From assembly GCF_003044035.1 (NCBI RefSeq), contig NZ_NVQC01000003.1:1-21209 (forward strand): a DNA stretch of 21,209 nucleotides, in the 5' to 3' direction. Under the pieces are notes generated by a model that was given only the letters and a program-made list of their open reading frames with translations, searched no databases and was not told where the DNA came from. Below are positions 15,577 through 21,209 of this stretch, in pieces (position 1 is the first letter of the stretch; every line of letters begins with the position of its first letter). This stretch comes from Candidatus Methylomirabilis limnetica. GTDB lineage: Bacteria > Methylomirabilota > Methylomirabilia > Methylomirabilales > Methylomirabilaceae. The translations under genes were made by a program, and so were the position numbers.

Positions 15577-15665
15577 GAGTGATGCATTTGCATCGTAAAT
15601 TATGTCAATCACCTCATTTACAGGCTGTACTGAGGGTCATAAATTGCCATTGAGAGGTGTTGGGG
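15577..15665 (+). promoter_or_regulatory. nod promoter/operator module, copy (c), with a candidate sigma-70 promoter for the second nod gene
   Basis: Operator GATGCA-TT-TGCATC (15580-15593), a perfect 6-2-6 inverted repeat. -35 TTTACA (15617-15622), a 17-nt spacer, and -10 TAAATT (15640-15645). The sequence is collinear with module b. The leader is about 245 nt. Confidence 0.45.
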
Positions 15666-15897
15666 TGATTATTGAGGAGGTCTTCACCATGAACTTCACG
15701 GTAGGGGTCGACACGAAGAGCAAGCAGGGCGTCGGGTCACCGGCTGGCCGACCAGGCGTGTGCCGTCGAGCTTGCGCCCTGCAGGCTGATCGCGAAGCCC
15801 GGGCGCCCCCGACGGCCGGGGCAACAACAGACGCGGGATCGCAATAACATTGAGAGTGGCCACCTAAGTTATAGGGAGGGCCATGGAGGGGTGTAAG

Positions 15898-18336
15898 ATG
15901 AGTCCTCATCCTAGTACACCTGTCAGCAAGGCGAAGGTCTACAGGACCTTCGCGCAAGCCCTATTAATTAAGAAATATTGGTGGCTTCATGCTTTGATCG
16001 TCGGCCTGATCAGCGTCGTCGGCCTCATCGCTCTCGGCGTCTGGACCTACGCGAGCGCTCCCCCGTTGGTAAATTTTGTGGCGGTATCCAATAGTGGAAC
16101 GGTGGTGATTCCAGAGTGGGAAATCCAGCGTGGGAAGCAAGTGTTTTTCCTGAAGGGCCTGATGACGTATGGCTCCTTCTGGGGAGACGGAGGGGAGCGC
16201 GGGCCGGATTACACCGCCGAAGCTCTGCATCATACTTCCGTGTCCATGAGAAAGTACTATTCGGCCGAGATCGTAAAGAGTCGTCCTCTGACCCAAGACG
16301 ACCTGGGTATGATCGATTCGCGGGTCAAGCGGGAGATTCATACGAATCTCTACGACGAGAAAGCCGGCGTTATTGCCCTTAACGATGCCCAGATTTTTGC
16401 GTACCAGGAGTTGATCACCCATTATACGCGGACGTTTACGGATGCCACCTATGAAGAAGCGTTTATGAAGGGAAGGATCGAAAATCATATCAGCAACCCA
16501 GCAGACCTCAAGGCACTAGCGTCGTTCTTCTTCTGGGGGGGCTGGGTTTCCGGGGCGAATCGACCGGGTGAGGACTATAGTTATACACACAACTGGCCAC
16601 CCGATCAGTCCGTCAACAACTACCCGACGTTCCCGACGTATCTCTGGAGCTTTATCTCGATCTTCGTGCTGTTCGCGGGTACCATGTTGGTCCTATACAT
16701 CTACGGGGAAATGAAGACCCTGCCTGGCGAGCCGTTCAATGGGCGGGATTGGTCGCTGACCACGGTTGACCTTGAAAACAAGGGTGACGCCTATGTTCGT
16801 CCCACCCAGCGTGCTACGTATAAGTTCTTTGCCTTTGCCGTGATCCTATTCCTGGTCCAGATCCTGGCAGGTATCCTGAGCGCAGAGGATTTCGTCGGTG
16901 GGGGACCGGGTAGCTTCCTGGCGACATCGGTATTGGGGTTTACTATCCCCTTCACCGTTACTCGAGGCTGGCATCTTATCGTCCAGATCTACTGGTTCTT
17001 TATGGCCTGGGTCGGCTACACCCTCTTCTTCCTGCCCAGGATTTCGAAGGTCCCGAACGGACAGCGGTTCCTGATCAACCTGCTCTTTACGCTATGTGTC
17101 ATCGTGGGCGCAGGCGCGCTGTTTGGCATCTATTTCGGACATACGGGGTGGTTTGCTAACGACGAGATGGCCTACTGGTTCGGGAGCCAGGGTTGGGAGT
17201 TCCTGGAGCTCGGGCGATTCTGGCATATTCTTATGCTGTCCTCGTTCTGTCTCTGGGTCTTCATCATCTTCCGCGCCGTGAGGCCGTGGCTCACGAGCCA
17301 GAATATGTGGTCCGTGCCGGCCTGGCTGTTCTATGGCAGCGGCATGATGGTGCTGTTCCTGTTCTTCGGGTTGTTCATGACCCCGACGCAGAACTTCGCC
17401 ATTGCGGACTACTGGCGGTGGATGAACATCCATATGTGGGTTGAGGTGACCTTCGAAGTGTTCACCACCTGTATCATTGGGTACATGCTGGTGCAGATGG
17501 GTCTGGTGAACCGGGCCATGGCCGAGCGGGTGATCTTCCTGGCGGTCATGATGTTCCTCGTCACCGCCCTGATCGGCATCTCTCACAACTTCTACTGGAT
17601 CGCCAAGCCAACAGGGATCATTGCACTGGGCAGCGTCTTCTCCACCATGCAGGTGTTGCCTCTGCTCTTGATCACCCTGGATGCCTGGAAGATGCGGACG
17701 GAGCGGATCAAGGCCCATGAGGCCGTTGCCGAGGGCAAGCAGCGCTTCGTGATGGACGGCGTCTGGACGTTCATCCTCGCTGTCAACTTCTGGAATATCT
17801 TCGGCGCGGGCATCATGGGCTCGATGATCAACCTGCCCATCGTCAACTACTATGAGCATGGTACCTACCTCACTGGTAGTCATGCGCATGCCGCCATGTT
17901 CGGCGTCAAAGGCAACATCGCGATTGCCGGTATGCTGTTTGCCTGCCAGCATCTGTTCCAGCGCTCTGCCTGGAATGAGAAGCTGATCAAAACCATATTT
18001 TGGTCGCTGCAGATCGGCTTGAGCCTGATGATAGGATTGGATCTGTTCCCGATCGGTCTGTACCAGGTAGCGACCGTCTTCAAGGAAGGCCTCTGGGCCG
18101 CACGAGCGCAGTCACACGTAACGGATAGCGTGTGGGTTACTTTGACGTGGCTGCGCACGATCGGTGGAGCGATCTTCCTCTTTGGAGGCGTATTGCCGCT
18201 AGCCTGGTTCATTCTGTCCAGGGGAACCCGGATGGTCCGCGAGGCCGCCACAGTTGAGGAAGGCGAGTGGACAATCTACGATAAGGAGAAGGCGAAGGAG
18301 CGGGAATCTTGGGCTGCTTCTGATGAGGCCTTCTAG
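15898..18336 (+). CDS. nod: qNor-family haem-copper oxidase with substituted catalytic and quinol sites; putative nitric oxide dismutase, copy 2
   Basis: ATG at 15898 after GGAGGGG (15885-15891). This start aligns with the MSP... start of copy 1; the alternative ATG at 15883 would add 5 aa. 812 aa. Same motif set as copy 1: NIHMWVEVTFE, GISHNFYW, FSTMQVLPL and SHAHAAMFG. Confidence 0.88.
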   Translation: MSPHPSTPVSKAKVYRTFAQALLIKKYWWLHALIVGLISVVGLIALGVWTYASAPPLVNFVAVSNSGTVVIPEWEIQRGKQVFFLKGLMTYGSFWGDGGERGPDYTAEALHHTSVSMRKYYSAEIVKSRPLTQDDLGMIDSRVKREIHTNLYDEKAGVIALNDAQIFAYQELITHYTRTFTDATYEEAFMKGRIENHISNPADLKALASFFFWGGWVSGANRPGEDYSYTHNWPPDQSVNNYPTFPTYLWSFISIFVLFAGTMLVLYIYGEMKTLPGEPFNGRDWSLTTVDLENKGDAYVRPTQRATYKFFAFAVILFLVQILAGILSAEDFVGGGPGSFLATSVLGFTIPFTVTRGWHLIVQIYWFFMAWVGYTLFFLPRISKVPNGQRFLINLLFTLCVIVGAGALFGIYFGHTGWFANDEMAYWFGSQGWEFLELGRFWHILMLSSFCLWVFIIFRAVRPWLTSQNMWSVPAWLFYGSGMMVLFLFFGLFMTPTQNFAIADYWRWMNIHMWVEVTFEVFTTCIIGYMLVQMGLVNRAMAERVIFLAVMMFLVTALIGISHNFYWIAKPTGIIALGSVFSTMQVLPLLLITLDAWKMRTERIKAHEAVAEGKQRFVMDGVWTFILAVNFWNIFGAGIMGSMINLPIVNYYEHGTYLTGSHAHAAMFGVKGNIAIAGMLFACQHLFQRSAWNEKLIKTIFWSLQIGLSLMIGLDLFPIGLYQVATVFKEGLWAARAQSHVTDSVWVTLTWLRTIGGAIFLFGGVLPLAWFILSRGTRMVREAATVEEGEWTIYDKEKAKERESWAASDEAF

Positions 18337-18371
18337 TCTGAGGATCTAGGTAGGTAAGTCACACTGCACTT

Positions 18372-18421
18372 CGATACCCCCCAGTACAGCAGAAATGCTG
18401 TGCTGGGGGGTATCGCTTTTC
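18372..18421 (+). terminator. strong intrinsic terminator of nod copy 2
   Basis: Same 20-bp stem, GAAA loop and T-tract as 15014-15063. Convergent with nadE, whose stop is at 18502. Confidence 0.85.
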
Positions 18422-18501
18422 GCGCAGGTAGTTTCGCGTGAGGTCTGGATTCGTTCCGAAATGTCTGCGGAAGCCTTAGGCGTGGCGACCAGACGACGGC
18501 G

Positions 18502-19323
18502 TTACTTGCCCCAGTCGCGGGGGTAGCGGAAGTCGCGGTCGATGGTGCGGGCAGAGATTTTGGCGATGAGAGGCAGGCGCCGCTTGTACTGAGAGGCCTG
18601 GACCTTAGTGAGAACGGCTCTGACGAATCGCTCCTCAAAGCCAGCGGCAATGAGCTCAGAGATTTCGCAACGGCGATCCACCATGAGATAGAGGATCCGA
18701 TCAACCTCCTCGTAGGTAAAGCCAAGTTCCGCCTCGTCGGTCTGCCCAACCCAGAGGTCGCCGCTGGGCGCCTTTCGGACGATGACCTCCGGGATACCCA
18801 TGTGGCGCGCCAAGTGCCGGATCTGGGTCTTATACAGGTCACCCAGGGGATTGATGGCGCTGGCCATGTCTCCATACAGCGTGCCGTATCCCAACAACAG
18901 CTCCGTCTTGTTGCTGGTCCCCAGGACCAGGGCCTTGAGCTTGGCCGAATGATCGAAAAGGATGGTCATCCGCTCGCGGGCCATCTTGTTGCCACGGCGA
19001 ACGTGATCGGATTCCGGGAACCGTTCGAAGTAGGCGTCCACCATCGGCGTAATCTCGATAACGTCAGATTGGATGCCCAGTTGCTTCACCACCAGTTCGG
19101 CGTGCTCCCGGCTCTCCGGACTGCTGGTCCGGTACGGCATCATGAGGGCCCAGACATTCTCGGCGCCGAGGGCCTTGGCCCCGAGATAGGCGGACAGTGC
19201 TGAATCCACCCCGCCGGAAAGCCCAACCACGATACGGCTGAACCCGGTCTTTCGGACCTCGTTGGCAATGAATCCAGTCAGGATATGTTGGACGAATTCG
19301 CAGTGTAAAGAGAGACCGATCAC
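18502..19323 (-). CDS. nadE: NAD+ synthetase (synthetase subunit)
   Basis: 273 aa. PP-loop motif GLSGGVDSA. The GTG start overlaps the stop of the upstream gene (GTGA at 19320-19323). Confidence 0.88.
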   Translation of the reverse strand: MIGLSLHCEFVQHILTGFIANEVRKTGFSRIVVGLSGGVDSALSAYLGAKALGAENVWALMMPYRTSSPESREHAELVVKQLGIQSDVIEITPMVDAYFERFPESDHVRRGNKMARERMTILFDHSAKLKALVLGTSNKTELLLGYGTLYGDMASAINPLGDLYKTQIRHLARHMGIPEVIVRKAPSGDLWVGQTDEAELGFTYEEVDRILYLMVDRRCEISELIAAGFEERFVRAVLTKVQASQYKRRLPLIAKISARTIDRDFRYPRDWGK

Positions 19324-20177
19324 CTGACCCCCTCCCTTCTTACCCGCTCGAGCTCTCGAAGTGTGACATCCAACCGCTCATCTCGAAGCAATGGATTTAC
19401 CGTTCTGGCCCGGCGCACCTCTGCGGGATCGATCTCGACCACCAGGATCTCCTCGCTGAGGTACTCTGCCTTGGCCACCGGCTCGCCGGAGGGGGTGATC
19501 ACCTCTGAGCCTCCCCAAAAGCAAGCCCCATCTTCGTAACCGACCCGATTCGCGAAGAGGACATAGCAGGTAAAGAGTTGGGCATAGGCCCGATTGATCG
19601 TTTCCCAGGCCCTAGCGTTCGCGAAAGATTTGCCCTCCTCCAGACCCCCGCGACCCGGACTGGCAGAGGGAGAGATGAGGATCTCCATCCCATCGATGGA
19701 GGCAACATACGCCGCCGAGGGATGCCACATGTCCTCGCAGATCAGGATCGCAGACCGACCGACCCTCGCGCGAAATGTCCTGATCTGGCCGCCTTCCGCA
19801 AGATACCGTTGCTCATCGAAGATCCCGTACGTGGGCAAGTAGACCTTGCGGTGAACGTGCTGAATTTCACCCATTGAGAGATAAATGGCGGCATTGTAGA
19901 ATAGGTGTTCTGACGACTCCTCAACTAGTCCAACAACGAGATCGATGCGTTGGCTTAGATCTCTGAGCCTTCCGAGGATGGGACTGGTCATGGGAAGGGC
20001 CACGGATGAAACGAGGTCCTTGAGGAAGTATCCGGTCAGGCTCAGCTCAGGAAAGACCAGCAGGCTGGCGCCACGGCGAATCGCCTCTTCAGCCGTCTTT
20101 TCATGTAGGGCCAGGTTCCGCTCCAGATCGCCGAGAGCGGGGTTAATCTGTGCTAGGGCGATGGTGTGTCGGCTCAC
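19320..20177 (-). CDS. carbon-nitrogen hydrolase (nitrilase superfamily), probable glutaminase partner of NadE
   Basis: 285 aa. Glu-Lys-Cys triad contexts [17 protein letters not shown] and [10 protein letters not shown]. The GTG start overlaps the upstream stop (GTGA at 20174-20177). Confidence 0.82.
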   Translation of the reverse strand: MSRHTIALAQINPALGDLERNLALHEKTAEEAIRRGASLLVFPELSLTGYFLKDLVSSVALPMTSPILGRLRDLSQRIDLVVGLVEESSEHLFYNAAIYLSMGEIQHVHRKVYLPTYGIFDEQRYLAEGGQIRTFRARVGRSAILICEDMWHPSAAYVASIDGMEILISPSASPGRGGLEEGKSFANARAWETINRAYAQLFTCYVLFANRVGYEDGACFWGGSEVITPSGEPVAKAEYLSEEILVVEIDPAEVRRARTVNPLLRDERLDVTLRELERVRREGVR

Positions 20178-21028
20178 GTTCCTCTACTCCATACGTCAGA
20201 CAAGGCCAGACTGCGATAGATGGCTTCCATGCTGGGTGACAAAGGGCCGCCCCGTGATTGATAGACGAACAGAGGGGTAAGGATCTGCAGCCCTGGCCGT
20301 CCGTCTCGTCGCGCCTCGACCAGGCTCAGTTCCGCCTCGGCGCCAGGGTAGGAATATACCAGTTGTAACTTTTTCGGTTCTAACCGATTAGCCCTGAGGT
20401 CGCTCAGCAGCTCGACGAGCCGCGAGGCATGGTAGATCAGGCACGCTCTCCCCTTGGGGGCGAGCACATATCGGATGGCCGCAACCGCCCCTTGAAGGGT
20501 AGCGGTCAGCTCATGCTTGGCCTGTCGGATCTCTGGATCCGGGCTGAGCCGCCCTCTGCCGAGCTCTCGATACGGTGGGTTGCAGAGAACCATATCAAAA
20601 CCCGCCGTTGGCAGTAACCCTTTAATCTGACGGAGGTCGCCCTCCACGATCTCGATGCGGCCCTGTAGCCCATTGAGTCGTGCTCCCCTCCTGGCCCGGT
20701 CGGCTAGGGCAGGCTGGACCTCAAGTCCAACGATGCGGACACGTGGATGCCGATGAGCCAGCAGGAAGGTGATGGCGCCGTTTCCGCAGCCGAGCTCAAG
20801 GATCCGGTCGGTGGATCGCGGCACGGCCCACTGCGCCAGCAACAGCGCATCCATCGAATGGCGGAAGCCCGTAAGGCTCTGGAGGACCTTCAGACCAGAG
20901 ATGCCAAGGTCATCCAGGGATTCGCCCTTGCCAAGCCACGAATCAGTCTGGGGGGCAGGAATCGTACTTGTGTCGCACACCAGGACGGAAGCCGGGTCTG
21001 CCTTTCCCTGCTGAATCGCTCCGTTCAT
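20174..21028 (-). CDS. class I SAM-dependent methyltransferase with an NPPY motif (TrmN6/YfiC-like)
   Basis: 284 aa. GFRHSMDALLLAQWA, SAM motif I ILELGCGNGAI, and motif IV VLCNPPYRE. Confidence 0.75.
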   Translation of the reverse strand: MNGAIQQGKADPASVLVCDTSTIPAPQTDSWLGKGESLDDLGISGLKVLQSLTGFRHSMDALLLAQWAVPRSTDRILELGCGNGAITFLLAHRHPRVRIVGLEVQPALADRARRGARLNGLQGRIEIVEGDLRQIKGLLPTAGFDMVLCNPPYRELGRGRLSPDPEIRQAKHELTATLQGAVAAIRYVLAPKGRACLIYHASRLVELLSDLRANRLEPKKLQLVYSYPGAEAELSLVEARRDGRPGLQILTPLFVYQSRGGPLSPSMEAIYRSLALSDVWSRGT

Positions 21029-21209
21029 CGTGCCATTACTCTAATGTATCCCTCAGGAAAAGACAAATGATTAGCCTTCAGCGGGTGTAAGACAAATTTA
21101 TGGGTAAGCTTCTCACCCCGTTGCCCGATTTCCCCAAAACTCCTCCCACCGGCCACTGATCTGACAGCAACGTAGGGCGATAATTGCGTTGGCCCCTCTG
21201 ACAGTCCAT
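21025..21209 (-). CDS. possible 3' end of a further minus-strand gene running off the window (tentative)
   Basis: The frame is open for 60 codons from the window edge (...RSVAGGRSFGEIGQRGEKLTHKFVLHPLKANHLSFPEGYIRVMAR). Its TGA overlaps the methyltransferase ATG as ATGA, matching the coupling style of the operon. No motif was recognised, and the last ~25 codons are AT-rich, so this could equally be an intergenic promoter region. Confidence 0.3.
   Translation of the reverse strand, partial: GLSEGPTQLSPYVAVRSVAGGRSFGEIGQRGEKLTHKFVLHPLKANHLSFPEGYIRVMAR

Larger units (their letters stand above)
15836..18461 (+). repeat. segmental duplication unit 2
   Basis: Collinear with 12485-15106. See the mosaic-identity finding. 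Confidence 0.85.

Noticed and set aside
15602-15847. An 81-aa ORF in the nod-2 leader
   Set aside because: As a whole it is GC-rich, of low complexity and not conserved in the nod-1 leader. Only the internal ATG island at 15689 is conserved, and that is reported as a possible upstream ORF in the findings.
12546-18336. Annotating the two large genes simply as quinol-dependent nitric oxide reductase (norZ/qNor)
   Set aside because: The overall fold family fits. However, one FeB His is Asn, the active-site Glu is Gln and the quinol-site His/Glu are not apparent in either copy, so a plain NO reductase call would probably transfer the wrong function.
1-21209. Search for CRISPR arrays, tRNA or rRNA genes, integrases or transposases, and prophage or island boundaries
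   Set aside because: I saw no regularly spaced short repeats, no cloverleaf-like or rRNA-like segments and no recombinase motifs. The only repeats are the nod duplication, the triplicated promoter module and the two MITE-like copies.

Overview
This 21.2-kb chromosomal segment has no transposase, integrase, CRISPR array, tRNA or rRNA that I could find. From memory, the gene content matches nitrite-dependent methanotrophs of the NC10 phylum (Candidatus Methylomirabilis); I could not run a database search to confirm this. From left to right the window contains: the 3' end of a sigma-54 enhancer-binding protein gene; a 475-nt AT-rich leader with a good -24/-12 promoter match; a particulate methane monooxygenase operon, pmoC-pmoA-pmoB; an unannotated 25-codon single-TM micro-ORF and a terminator; a secreted, C-terminally anchored His-rich protein of unknown function; ftsH (minus strand); a porin / membrane protein / GYD-protein operon (minus strand); and a PAS-LuxR one-component regulator. 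Next come two tandem, about 2.6-kb duplicated units, each encoding an approximately 810-aa quinol-NO-reductase-like haem-copper oxidase. Each unit has its own promoter/operator module, a long leader and a strong terminator. The window ends with a translationally coupled minus-strand operon: methyltransferase, C-N hydrolase and nadE. The main finding is the qNor-like pair. Both copies keep the haem ligands but replace one FeB histidine with Asn (GISHNFYW) and the active-site Glu with Gln (FSTMQVLPL). They also appear to lack the quinol-site His/Glu. This is the signature of the proposed but still biochemically unproven NO dismutase (2 NO -> N2 + O2), and it lies 8.5 kb from the O2-requiring pMMO. 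Secondary findings are a triplicated palindromic operator module, a palindromic MITE-like repeat present twice, mosaic identity between the paralogues that suggests gene conversion, and candidate extra pMMO accessory genes.
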